From Lama glama (Eukaryota): DNA of 64,000 nt. Shown here piece after piece: positions 1 through 12,560 of this stretch. The stretch is taken from assembly GCA_028534125.1 (NCBI GenBank), contig CM052816.1, positions 2,232,001 through 2,296,000 of the forward strand, in the 5' to 3' direction. The notes beneath the pieces are model-generated. The model saw only the letters and a program-made list of their open reading frames with translations, had not been told where the DNA came from and searched no databases. How positions within the stretch are numbered: position 1 is the first letter of the stretch; the number at the start of each line of letters is the position of its first letter. The translations under genes were made by a program, and so were the position numbers.

Positions 1-190
1 CGAGTGGCATTGGTTTGCATTCATAATGATAATGAAAAGTCATTTAAAAATAAGCTTATTGGGAGTTAAAAAGGGGTGATATCCGTAATGTTAAATATCC
101 ATAAATGTTAGATAAATAACATTATAGGTGATAGGTAAAGATGGCAAAAATTATGAAGTGCTTTTATGAATGATTAAAGTTTAGAGGGTA
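1..190. mobile_element. hAT-Charlie MITE fragment, MER113-like
   Basis: agatggcaaaaattatgaagtg...gaatgattaaagttt resembles the MER113 terminus and the copy at 54836-55107. Confidence 0.5.
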
Positions 191-2234
191 GGACAGTCAT
201 GCCAAGGCAGTGATGAATCACTCTAGGGAGCTGGGGAGTCCATGGAGCCAAAGGAAAAGACAGGATGGAGTGATGTGTAAAAAGAAGAACTCAGACGATG
301 GTGGGATGAAGACATGCATTTCTGTGCAATTCAGCGGTCTTTGTCTTTAGACAGTAAAAGTTATGCTAGCTAAATAGGGCGCCATTCAACATTCTCTTCT
401 TTCTTGCTGAAGATCCACCTGTATTGATGACCACTTTTTCTAAAGGCACAGGAGTCCCCTTTCCAACATAGTAAGACAGGTGCCAGGTGTGAGACTGACT
501 ATCATTAAGGAATGAGGGTTTTGAGGGCTCAGAGAGGTGGTTGTAAACTGCAGCTCACCTTATAGATTACTATAGATAGAAGTGTAGGAAATTAGTGTAA
601 TTCTCTACAGAAGAGCTCTCAGACAAGCTACGTTGCTCAGTAAAGCCAGGATATTAGCTTGTTTTGTTATCTAAAGAGAACGTGCCCTGGAAGACTTCTG
701 GCCCGTGCCCAGGGGCAGCGCCTGGCACGTCTAATAACTTAGCGTGTATCCATTGTGTTTGAATTAATGCTAGATAGCGGAGCTCTGATTAACTATTATT
801 TCCTTAAAATTTACGCACAGAAAAGCGAACTATGATTGAAGATGAAATTAGATTACTGTTTCATCTACTCAGGGTGTCCTGTGGCGTAAATGCCTGTGTC
901 TGTACGCTGGGGGATGGCCCAGGAATCACTTACATAGTTCCTTAGGAGCTCGTGACAATGCACTTGACAAGTCTGAATTGTATGCTAAACAGGCTTGAAA
1001 ATTAAAATTCAGACGTGAATGTCTTGTATTATTTCCTTGCATCCTGTCACCCAAATCAGGAAAGCCCGAAAGCTCTCTATTTGGGTAGACAGAGGAGTCT
1101 TGTCTAGAGACAGAAGGAGGTTTAGGGCCTTCTCGGGGCTGGGAAGACTGTATCCCTCCTGGCTACTGGTTAGTGTCTGCTTTGGCAACAGAATTGAGCT
1201 GTGAAGCATTTTTAAAATTTTCTCAGCCAACACTCTGTGTTTTGGAAAGCCGCAGCTGCCAGTCCGCCCAGCACCTCTGCACCTGCTCTGGTAAATGTCG
1301 GTCTTCCTTCAGGCTTTTATCCCATTGGTTCTTGACTGTTCCAAGCTCGGGCCTTGTGATTCCTTGAAGTTCAATTTTAAAAGAAGGAATTTGGTACACT
1401 GTTGTAGAAAGACGTCCTGGATCTCAAGGCCGGATCTGAGGAAGGTGGTGCCCCTAGCTACCCCCTGATGAACCAAATGGAGTAAGTCCCACCAAACTAC
1501 CCATTTAAAGACATGATTGAATTCAGGGTTCTCCCTTCAAATGTTCTGTGGTTCCATTATTCACTGTTGACAACTACGGTGATAGAATTCAGATCCTTGG
1601 CCCCCTTAGAAAGTCAGAATATTAGTTGTCATAACTTAAACAGGACTGCTTATTGAATAGGCCTGTGACCACAGGTAAGAATGGCTCTCTGGCTACTTCC
1701 TTCCTATTCTAATCTGTTTATTACTATTATTAGGTAGCTATTTCTATGAGCAACAGTTGGGTTAATGTGGTCGAATGGTATTTTTCTAAAGCAGTCAAAG
1801 TGTATCTCGAACATTAATAAAAAAGGGGAGGAAGGTAATGAAAAATTGTGTACCTTTGTTTTTTCTAAGTCCCTGTTATTTGATTCGGATGCTGTAATCT
1901 GTTTTCTGCAGCAATCTGCATGTCAGAAGTTGCAACTCTCCAAACTGCTGTTGTCTTAGACTCAATGACTTGAAGTGAAGTCAGTGGCCAGCAAGATGAG
2001 CCCCTCACTCCTCTGGTATTTCTGCCAAGGGGTGTCTGGTCTTTTCTGGACTTTTAAAGGGCAGATCTGCTGCTTCATCCACAGAGCAAATAGTTCACAT
2101 ATTTAGAAAAAGCTTTCTGGTCTCATCAGGGCTTCTGTCCTTCAGACTGGGTGTGATTGCAGATGTCCTCCCCATGACATTGTGTTGAGTCCTCTGACCT
2201 CTTGACCACTCTACGCTAAATATACCCAAGTGCA

Positions 2235-2410
2235 AAGAGCAAGAACATGAGGTCAGTCAGATGTCAGCTCAGATTCCAGGTACGCTGCTCACCTTGTTGT
2301 GTGGCCGTGGGCTACGCGATCAAGCCTCAGATTTCTCACCCTTAAGATGGTGATAGTATTTGAAAATATCTACCATCATCCAGGGTCTCCAGTAGGTACT
2401 AAATGAAATT
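2235..2410 (+). mobile_element. MIR SINE, diverged
   Basis: Core-like 'gcctcagatttctcacccttaagatggtgatagta'. Confidence 0.6.
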
Positions 2411-3581
2411 TTGTTGCTCCGCATTACTTTTTTCTTTGTCTGTCCTAAATGATGATATCCGGAAATGACGTGCGACTCCAGGAGTCCTGAGTGCCCTGGA
2501 GAGTCGAGCAGAATCTCCGTATCACCTGGGTCCTGAGCACCGTATTTCTAGTAATAGGACCAAATGTTACTTCCCCAGTCGCTGGAGTGGAGGGCATGTG
2601 CACGTCTGCTTCAGGCCCTCTGTCTCTAGCCCTCGCCAAGGTGCTTTGGCAAAAAGAAACTTTGTGTTGGCACCGGGGGGACGGCTTATTGATAAACAGC
2701 AGTAGCTTTGGAGCGTGAAGTCCTGCTCTTTATGAGTATTTGGCATGTTGTGGAATTAGAATTGTGCATTCTCTGGATTTTCTTGGCTTTCTTCAACCAG
2801 CCTCCCTACCTGGTTCCCGAAACAAAACAGCAGGAATAAATATCACCCTCAGACGTGCCTCTTTCAAATTCAAAAGAAAGGCAAACAAAATAGATGTCCC
2901 CTAGAGCAGCAGAGAATAGGCCCCCTCGGTCATTGTCGTGAAAGAATAAAGACTGTCTACGCAGCGCTCACAAGATGGGGAACTGAATTTCTCAGGCCTG
3001 AGTCCAAGTCACGGGCCTGGATAAAAAGGCAGGGTAGTGAAATGAGAAGGGAAATTTGGGGGTTAGGTGGGATCCCCAAAGATAAAAATAAAGCAAACAA
3101 CAAAAATTAGGGGGGAAGGAACATGGGGGGGACATGTGAGGACCTGACCCAAAGCTGGGGACAAAAAGAGGACAACCCATCACTGATACAGCAAAACAGG
3201 TGCTTTGGAGAAGAGGAAACATGAGGGTCTCGATTTCGTGTGGCAAAGTAATGCTGAAAGAGGGGGTTCTCTGTCCTCTGGCCCCATGAACTGAATACCC
3301 GTGCCCTTCTCTACAATGGGCTGGACTCAGAAGTGTTGTCTCCGAAGGGATCTGATCCTCTGGGGCCCCTGATAAGCAACAGCACATTGTTATGCAAATT
3401 GTCTCTGTTCCCAGCGGGATTTCGCTGCGCCTTGTGAAGGTCTCTGCTGGGAAAAGCAAGCGCCTTTCAGCTGTCTCCTCCCGGCTTGATGTCTTTATAG
3501 AGCGACCAGGGCAGCAGCCTTCTGCGTTTCTTTCCACATGGTGCCCAGAATTCTGGTGTCTTCCATTTCTGCCTCACTTTT

Positions 3582-3607
3582 ACACACACACACACACACA
3601 CACACAC
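3582..3607. repeat. (AC)13 microsatellite
   Basis: Direct reading. Confidence 0.95.
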
Positions 3608-5878
3608 GTATATCAAGTGCCTGTTTCCTTCCCCAGAAAACACCAGCCCTGAAAAGGAGACAAAGCTGAATGCCTCACTCCCCAGGCTTCCAAAGGAAGG
3701 GTACACATTATCCCGGTGCCTCTTTGTCAAGAGAACATGAAACCTCTTTCAGTCACTGTGAGTTGGTCTTATGAAGTCATCGTAATCCTTCCAAGAGTAG
3801 GTTGCAAGTGAATGCTTTCAACATCACACATGTTGAAATTGTCCCCAGTTTTGCTTATGCCATTCCCACCCCTTGCCCCCAACAAAGGAGTGCCATGGCT
3901 CTTGTCCACTGGGCAGCATTTTTAGCATCTTTATGGCCCCAAAGTTGTGCAAATACCAGGAGACTGGGGCACCCAATCGTCACCCAACCCAAGACTGTGC
4001 CCTAGTCTTTCCAGTTGGCTGGGTTACATGTGACCCCAGACTGGGCTTTGAAATCATTTTCATGAGCATCAGACGTTGCCCAATTGAAACATAACAAAAA
4101 GAGCAATGTGCTTGCATCACTGTTGGTTTCTCTCCAGCCTTTTAGGGTGTGTGAAGGGTGTTAGCACTTGAACTAGACAATCCAGGCCCCAGGAAAACAA
4201 CTCGGCTGCTGCGGTCTCCACCGCGTTAAGTGAAACTCTCTTTTCTAATGAACATGTAATGAAAACATGTTTGCAGTGCTGATCTTAGTTTCCTTTAAAT
4301 TTCTGAGTGAAGCTTCCAAGAAAAAGTACCACGGGTAGCTCTCTAATGCCTCTTGGATACAGCTTAGTAGAGCTAACCTCTTAGCTGCACACAAAATTAA
4401 AGTCTTTATAAACTCTGGGTGAATCTTTGTTGAGGCATTTAAATTAAAGCTCTTAGTTATTACTTTCTAACTTAGTGGTAGAATGGGGAACATGGCAAAG
4501 GACTCATACAAGCCATGTTGTTGTTTCTTGAATAAGTATAATTTTAATGTTGGCCACTGTATATGAGCTGAATCTTTGTGATAAAACCACATAGAGGATT
4601 CCCAGACATCAGCGTTCAATGTTCAGGGGGAAATTAAAAAAAAAAAATGTTTGTAGGGTTTGTATAGTCAGGTAGCGACAGTATCTTCTAAAGTTTGTAG
4701 TCAGGTAGAAAAAAAATAAGTAAAAATGGGCTCTGAGAGCTGTTGGTTTGGAAACCCGTCACTGAGGAGGCATATAATAAAGACCCTGTAGGGTCCTTTC
4801 CAAACTTTTCAAGTACAGAGTACAAACTTTAAAAATTTTTGTTAATTTTGATGTCTATTCTAACAATTCGTTTTTGGAATTAAGATGACATGCTACTGAG
4901 AAATAAAATAATAATTTAAAAAAATCTAACCATGTGGAGGTTTTGGTACACTCCAAAAAAAATGAAGAGTTATGCTGTTTTACCAAAATCAAAGCAAGTG
5001 GAGAGGGATGTTGTGAACACCAAGAACTCAGCCCCCAGAGCTGCAGCCTTGAGTACAGACCGACGCCCAAGGAAAGCCCTGGGCTTCTTTCCCTGGAGTT
5101 CTGTCACTCTGCCTAGTGCTCGACCCACGTGTGAGAGGAGCTAGACCCTCCCCAGTGCCAGAGCTGCCTCGGTCACGGGCAAGGTGACGAAGAAGGGACG
5201 CCAGTTAAAGAAACATCCTCTCTCTCCTTGAGTCTTGAATTAGGTGACAATAGGAAGGTCAAGTTACCCCCTAATGATCTTGAGAAATGTGAAGTCATGG
5301 CTTAGAAGATTATACGTTATTCAGGTCTGTTTAGGAGCAAATAAGTACCTTTTTCCACCCCAACACGCGATGGCCATCAATTATGCCATAAAAGCACAGA
5401 CCCTTCCTCTGACGGCCGGTATTTTTGGCATCACGTCGACCCTCCCCCTTCCATCAACACCACTGGGTTTTCATGATTAGTTAGGATGTCAGCCTGTCCT
5501 GAAACCTGGCCAGGGGCGATAGACCAGAACTTAGGACAAATTTGAGACTGACATTGACCACATTTACGGGACTGTCATGGTTCCCAGTGCCTCACGGTTA
5601 ATCTTTTGGAGAAGAAAGAACAGGGGTTATTACGCAGCTCCTCGCTGCAAATGATGCACCGTATTTAGTGCACACTTGTGTTTGCGTGTGTGTGTTGGTG
5701 TGCTTTGTTAGTTTGTGTGGGTGTGTCTGTGTGTGCTTAGATGTATATAATATGTGGCTCTACATATGTATATATGTATTCCTGGAGTCCCAAGTGTGTA
5801 GTTTATAGTTTGGAAAGAAATCATCTTCCATCATTCGTCACTGCCTGTTGTAGACTGGCCCAGAACATCATTTGTTAA

Positions 5879-6090
5879 NNNNNNNNNNNNNNNNNNNNNN
5901 NNNNNNNNNNNNNNNNNNNNNNNNNNNNNNNNNNNNNNNNNNNNNNNNNNNNNNNNNNNNNNNNNNNNNNNNNNNNNNNNNNNNNNNNNNNNNNNNNNNN
6001 NNNNNNNNNNNNNNNNNNNNNNNNNNNNNNNNNNNNNNNNNNNNNNNNNNNNNNNNNNNNNNNNNNNNNNNNNNNNNNNNNNNNNNNNNN
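5879..6090. other. N-run, 212 nt, in unique AT-rich sequence
   Basis: Direct reading. Confidence 0.95.
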
Positions 6091-7069
6091 AATAATTGGA
6101 TGTATTCATCATTTAAAATGTTTTAATAAATGTTTGGACAGTACCCTATCGGAGCTGTCAACTATTCGGCTGGAAGGGTTGTGACAAGAGAAAAATGATG
6201 GCGTTCCTTAGGTGAGAGGGATGTGCCGCTTCGGAGGGTGCCAGCCTTGACGTTCTGCTCCCTAAGGAACTCTGAGTTTGGGTGGACTAGGGCTGCACAT
6301 GGTGGAAGTGGGAAGCCTGACTCTCCTCTGCCTGAGAGGACGTTTCTGCAGGGAGGCCTTGAGCGAGGACAGAGGACGTGTCCGAGATTCAGGTCTGTGA
6401 CTGGGTTGCTCAGGGTGGTTTTCTAGGAAGAGATTAATTAAGAGTCCCACCGTTGAGCCAAGGTAGCTGTGTGACTTTGGATCAGTCCCTTCCCCTTTCT
6501 GAGCCTCTCTCTCTGTACCTCTGATCTGCTTCACTTGGGTCCCTTTGAGAGCTTGGAGATCAAACGTGATCCTGTAAGTCTAGGTGGACCTCTGACTCAT
6601 GTCCCCTTTCCTTTACGTGTCCTGGTGTTTGTTGAGGACGGTGTGTGGGCTCCGATGGTGTGTGGCTGAGACTCTTGTCTGGTCCCGGGATGGTGATCCC
6701 TCAGCGTGGTTCAGCGTACGCAGCGTTGTGAGTCCCGTGGACAGGGTCACATTTCCTCCAGCAACTGGGATTCCCATTTCAGGGTTCAGCTCTTCACGGA
6801 CCTCTCTGCTGCCGTGACCCAATTAAGGCTATTGTATTATATACAAAAGACGTAGGGGAAGAGGTTCAGTCTACATTTACGTGGCTCCCAACCTCGAAGC
6901 CACTCCCTGGAATTGCTTTAGGGAATGCAAATGCAACAAAACAAAGCAAGACGAAAACAAATGCAGCTTTACCTTGCACTTGAACAAATACGGATTTTTT
7001 TAGACCAAGATGGAGAATGACTGAGCTCGTATAATAATAACAGTAACGACAACAACTAGTATAACGGTA

Positions 7070-7300
7070 ATAGTAAGCTTCGCCGAGCGTTTGCGCCACG
7101 CCGTTCACGGCCCTTTGGACCTTCACATACATACACTGTTATTTAATCCGCACAGCAGTCCTCCCAGGTAGGTATATTAACTCCCCTTTCACAGATGAGA
7201 AGCCAGAGGCTTAGAGAGGTTGAATGATTCGCTCAAGGGCACACGCTGGTAAGCGGCCGAGTCCACGCTCAAACCGAGCTTGTCTGACTTCACGTCCTGA
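7070..7300 (-). mobile_element. MIR SINE
   Basis: Reverse MIR core 'cccctttcacagatgagaagccagaggcttagagaggttgaatgattcgctcaagggcacac'. Confidence 0.85.
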
Positions 7301-7649
7301 CCAGCCTGCTTCGTGCCCCGAACGTGCTGCGCGCCTGCTCCGTTCTGACGGCACACCAGGACAGGGTATTTGGAAAAGGATGAACAGGGTGGTGAAGCAT
7401 CTGGAACCTTGTCCTGGAAAGGGGGCCTGGGAAGAGAGCGTGGCTTGGTGAAATTATTTACGGGTTATCTTGAGGAAGAATGGGCGTGTTGTTCTCTGAC
7501 CCAAGCCAAGACTGACATTTCTGAGGGTAAATGACAGGAGGCAGAACTCAGGTCTCAGGAAGAGAGAGCCTCCTCGCACAGCTGTCCAGTGTGGCTGGAA
7601 GGGCCTGCCTCCCCATGATGGGTCCTTTCTGTCACAGCTGGAGCAATCC

Positions 7650-8035
7650 TGTCGCTCTCCTCCTCACTTACTGTTCTCCAGTCATGCTGGCCTTTGCACC
7701 TGCAGGAATGCTCTTCCCTAGAACCTGGCATAGCTGCCTTCTCCTGGTCCTTCCGGTCTCAGCCAAAATACCATTTCCTAGAACTTCCCTGACCGCCTTC
7801 TTGAATGTTCTCCTCTTTCTACCAGCAATCACTTCTCATCTTTTCTCTTCCAATAGTTTCTAATTAGTAACTGACATTATCTTGTTTACCTGTGTGGTTT
7901 TTTTGGTCATACTTGCTTTTTGTCTTCCTTCCACACTGAAATGTCAAGTCCACAAGGGGTGGGAGCCTTCCCATCTGCACTCCGTCTCCAGCCCCCGGGA
8001 CAGGCATGGAGCTGCCCGAGCAGCCATTTGTCAGG
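7650..8035 (+). mobile_element. L2 LINE 3' fragment
   Basis: 'ctggcctttgcacctgc...cttccctgacc...aatgtcaagtccacaagggg' L2 3' motifs. Confidence 0.7.
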
Positions 8036-8719
8036 GACGCTGGGGAAGAGATTCCTTCTTTGGGCAGGAAGCTGCACTAGATAACGCCTGTATTTCTTGC
8101 TCATTCTTGCAACCCATGAGCATCGTAATGTTTTAACAGTAGTTCCCCTTGTTTCTTTGCCTTATCAGAAAGACAAGAGAATGTCTGAGATTTTATAAGA
8201 CCTCAGTATCAGCTCTTGGTCGGTTTACAACCAGTATTCATATCTAAGATAACCCCCGAGCTAATGGGTTTAATTTGCTCCCTCAGTAACTCTGTGGGAA
8301 TTCTGTACATTTACTGCCACTCAACTTTGGGATCATGTGCATTAGCATGAGATTTTGGCATCATTTCCGTAAAATATGTTCAGAATGCACCAGAGAAAAA
8401 GTTTGGATTAGACCAACGACACTTGACAGAACTTGTGTTTATTATTACAGATAATATTCCCCATTGCATGAAAATTAAGATTGTTGCCACATAGTATAAA
8501 ACTGTGGATGTTTTTCATTAGTACAATTTGATTTTGCAAACATTCCAGCATATAGATTTTTACAATAGGCCACGATGCTCTGTACACACAAGTCACAGCT
8601 AGAATGTTTGGGGCCCTTGGTCCTTCAGTTCATTTATTTTGGTTTCTTGGTTGTTTCTCAGGGGTAAGTGGCATTTTTTTTTTTAACCATGCCACCTACA
8701 TGCTGATTGTCCTTTCAGA

Positions 8720-9200
8720 ATTAAGCAGGTATTTATAAACTCTAATCCAGGTTCTCAGGACACAGAGCTGAAAAGACATGGTTGTGATCTCCAAGGATGT
8801 TATGTTTACTGTGCAGTTGGGGAGATGACTGTGTAAGTGGAGAGTCACAGAGTCACGTGATAGATACGGTTCTGCAGGGCTGTGTCATGGGGACCCTGAG
8901 GTGGGAGAGTCCATGTCTGCATGGAGGAACTTGGGGAGGCTTCTCAGACGGTGAAGGTGGTATTTGTGATGGTTCTTCAACTGTAGATGGTTCTTCTAGA
9001 TCAGCAATGGGTGGGGCGAGGACAGCCCACGTCAGGAGGAAGGAATAACATCTCAGGATCCCCGAGAGAGCTCAGAGGGTACAGGAAACGCCAAGTTCTG
9101 TGCACAGAGGAACACAAGGGATGTGGGACGTGGGATGAGGTGTCGCTGACTGGGTTGCCGGAGGCCGGGTCACAAATGGCGGCCTCTGTTCCATGAGACA
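8720..9200 (-). mobile_element. L2 LINE fragment
   Basis: Purine-rich antisense L2 pattern ('ggggaggcttctcagacgg...tatttg'). Confidence 0.6.
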
Positions 9201-9984
9201 GTGAGAAGGGATCATGTGCAAATCTGAGGCAGTATAAGTTATTTTTGAGGCTGGTAGGTCAGGAAAACAAGGTACCTTCAGGAATCAGAGGCAGGGTCTG
9301 CGGAATTCACTTGGAGAATGTTATTCCAATGAACGATGGGATGTTCCTGTTGAACACTTTCCAGGTAGGATTTTAAGAAAATGATGACCATGTTGCAGGT
9401 CACTTGCTTTAAACTTTCCCTAAAGCATGAACTCACAATATGATGCCTGCTCTACAGAGGATGCAATTTCTCAGGGATGATATGAGGCCATTCAGGTTTT
9501 TTTAGCAGAGATCTCTTAACACGGGCTTTCTCTCACCCTACTCTTGGACGTGACATCCTGGTGGGAGCATGGGCCTGGTAGAGACTCTGACCAGGTCTGG
9601 TATGTGACTGGCTTTGCCGTAGTTGAGTCCTGTCCTCAGCCCTGCGGCAGACACAATGAGACCAGCATGAGCACTGGGGGCACGCAGGGCGCTTCTCTTT
9701 GGCTGCCTCCATTTGTGGTTAATTGTAACTCAAGATGAGGACTGTGCTCTCATGAGCATCAATGCATTCTATGAGTGCAGGTGAAACAGGCTGGACCTGT
9801 GGATATGCCATACATTCACTGCTTTTAGTCAGTTATAAACACGGATGCCCTGGGACCCCTGTACCACTGGGCACAGCAAGGGCCACTTCTTAAGAGTTTC
9901 TCCCACCTGGTTTGGCTGAATCTCAATTTCTCTTGACTCATGTCAACATTTTTGAATGAAACTGCTCTACCTTCACTCTCAAAT

Positions 9985-10355
9985 AATACACTGCTTTGAC
10001 TCCGCAATTCTTGTCCTAGGTAACTGTAAGGAAATATTCAAATATATGAGAAAAATTTTACATACAAGGATGTTCTCTAAAGTATTATTTGTAACAGCAA
10101 AATCTTGAACGTAATTAAATAACAGATTTGGTGAACCTCTGCTATATACAATGAAATGTTATAGAGTGAAAAAAAATCACATTTGAAGATTACTTGACAC
10201 AAAAAAGGATATAAAATCTGTATATCATTATAAAATTGGTATATATATGAGAAAACTAGGAGAAGATGAGATACAGGTGGTTTTTATTATTCATTACTTT
10301 TGAGTATTTAAACTTTTTTCTTAACACTAACTCAATTTTTCTAATCAGGAAAAAG
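9985..10355 (+). mobile_element. Ancient L1 (L1ME/L1MC-type) 3' end
   Basis: 'tttgactccgcaattcttgtcctagg...acaaggatgttc...ttatttgtaacagcaaaa...taatcaggaaaaa'. Confidence 0.7.
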
Positions 10356-11857
10356 CTAGACATTATTTTAAAATGTCTTAACTGGAATTCTAAAGCAGTG
10401 TCTACATTTCAGATGCCATATAACCAACAGAAAAAAAAAAAGAAGAAGAAGTTGTTGTGATGCATGATGGCAAAACATGGGGAATTGCTAAGGTCAGGCT
10501 AAAACTGCTTTGGCCGGAGCATCTTGTTAAGCACCAGAGCAGCATTTAGTTCAGGCAGCGTTTGACTAAGCTAATTCCGGACATTTCTCTCAACTCTTGG
10601 GTAGTCGGTTTTAAGTTGCAGGGAAGATTTCTGACTCAGGCCAGTTGAGGGAGTATACATAAACATGGGGTTTATTTTGTCACGGATGTTCTTGAGAGAC
10701 TCAATTCTTCACTGATCTTTTTTGTTCTTTGTGGCCATTTATTTACTTTTGAAAATATCCCCGCAGATCCTCGCTTGAGTGAAAAGGCGATCTGTTCTCA
10801 CGGTGGGGCTCAGTCGCTGATCAGCACGGCTCTAAGAATTCAGTATAAATTCAGTTACTGCTGGTTTTTTTTGTTTTAACATTCCAGCAAGCTGGCTTCA
10901 TTTCTATAAATGAATGATGTTGCTTCAAATATTTGCAGAAAAATCCCACCCATTTCTGTGCTTACTATATAAAAGGAGGCATTGGTAGTATTTCTCCCCA
11001 CCCTCCAATTTCTTTTTTTCTTTTTCTCTTTTTTAATTTGTCTGTAAGTGAGGCTCATGATGATGAAAGTTCTTACCCATTACCTTGAATCCTCCAGGAA
11101 ACATAAGAGGCAAGTGACTAGAAAAGGTCTGAATTGATTCCTCTCACCCCTTTAGTGAGTACGTGAGAAGAGAGGAGATTTACAGTTAAGGTCCTAAATC
11201 AGAGCTGGCTGTTAAAGTTTTTGTTGAGGATTTAGGGAGGCTAAAGCTAAAACTGAGTGTCATCTTGGAGGTTAATCCACCCGGCTCTGGAATGCACATC
11301 CCGCTGCCCGGGATGCTGACATGGCGGAACAGCTGAGGGTGAGAGGCCCCACGTTCGCCTCGGTGCAGGGCGGTGGGGGTGGACATAAGGATGGCGTTGC
11401 CAGGGTTCTGAGGCAAAGGTGTGGGACCAAAGATGCTCCATGGGCTCGGACTGAAGGGGAGCAAGAACAGGCGACTTGGAGCAATCAGAAACGTCATGTG
11501 TCTTTCTTGCAAAGCATTAAGCAATAGCCCTTTTAAAGTTCAAGCTGACCACCTAGACTGAGGAATGGATGGCAGTGGGGGGGTCAAGGGGCTGAGAGGA
11601 TTTTCTTGTCCTTCTAGAAGTGAACAGCACTCAGTTGCCCCAAGGAGAACCACGCCAAGATGGCGGCCAAATTCGTTGCCAGTGGAAACCAGGAGAGGTG
11701 CCTCCCTTCCACATGGCGGTACCTTGTCTCTAAACTCTGAATGGGGCCCCTTTTATACCCGACATCCTCATTCCTCTATCTGAGAGCCAGGCTGAGTAGG
11801 CAGGCAGGGCACAAGCATCATGAATACCTTCCAAACAGTGACAAGCTGGATGCAGAC

Positions 11858-12072
11858 TGTGTAGTGAGCAAGAACGTGGTTTCTGGCCTTAGTCAGACGT
11901 GGATTTGAGTCCAGGCTCTCTCACTCACTGTATTTGTGACCTCAGACAAACAGACTACTAATACTGTCCACCTTAATGGTTGCTACCTTAGGGTTGTGGG
12001 AATTAAATGAGATAATATTAGGGAAGTGCTCAGCTAATTACCTCACACATAGTAAGTGCTCAAATAATAGGA
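11858..12072 (+). mobile_element. MIR SINE
   Basis: 'agggttgtgggaattaaatgagataat...cacatagtaagtgctcaaataa'. Confidence 0.85.
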
Positions 12073-12224
12073 ACGCTAGTAAGAAGCACACACAATAGTA
12101 ATCATGATGGTACTATCATGGAAGTAGCTGGAGTAGAAGTATTAATGCCAATAATGTAGTAGTTTATCTATCAAGACTTGCCTTATTTCTCTGGAGATCC
12201 TAAAGCAAATATTCCATCAATGTC

Positions 12225-12560
12225 CATTTATTCATTATGCAATGGATGTTTGGATACACAAACAAGAGTCTCCTGAGGAATATGGAGGATATAAGATTGT
12301 AAAAATATGATCCCTCCACTAATATGCTTATAATCTAGTCGGGCAGATAAAAAATGTAAATGCAGATAAGCTAAGGGACCAATGTGGTATAAACAAAGGC
12401 TGTTTGGGCCAATGGGATCCAGGGGGCTTCGGCGTTGGCCTTGAAGGATGGATTTGATTTCCTTTCAGTAATAGGATTCCATGCAGTGGGAACAGTATGT
12501 GCAGAGGCTTACAGGTGAGAAACAGCAAACTTTTAGGGAATGCTAAGATGCTTGGCCAAA
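12225..12560 (-). mobile_element. L2 LINE fragment
   Basis: Starts 'catttattcatt' (reverse L2 tail) with L2-like body. Confidence 0.6.
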
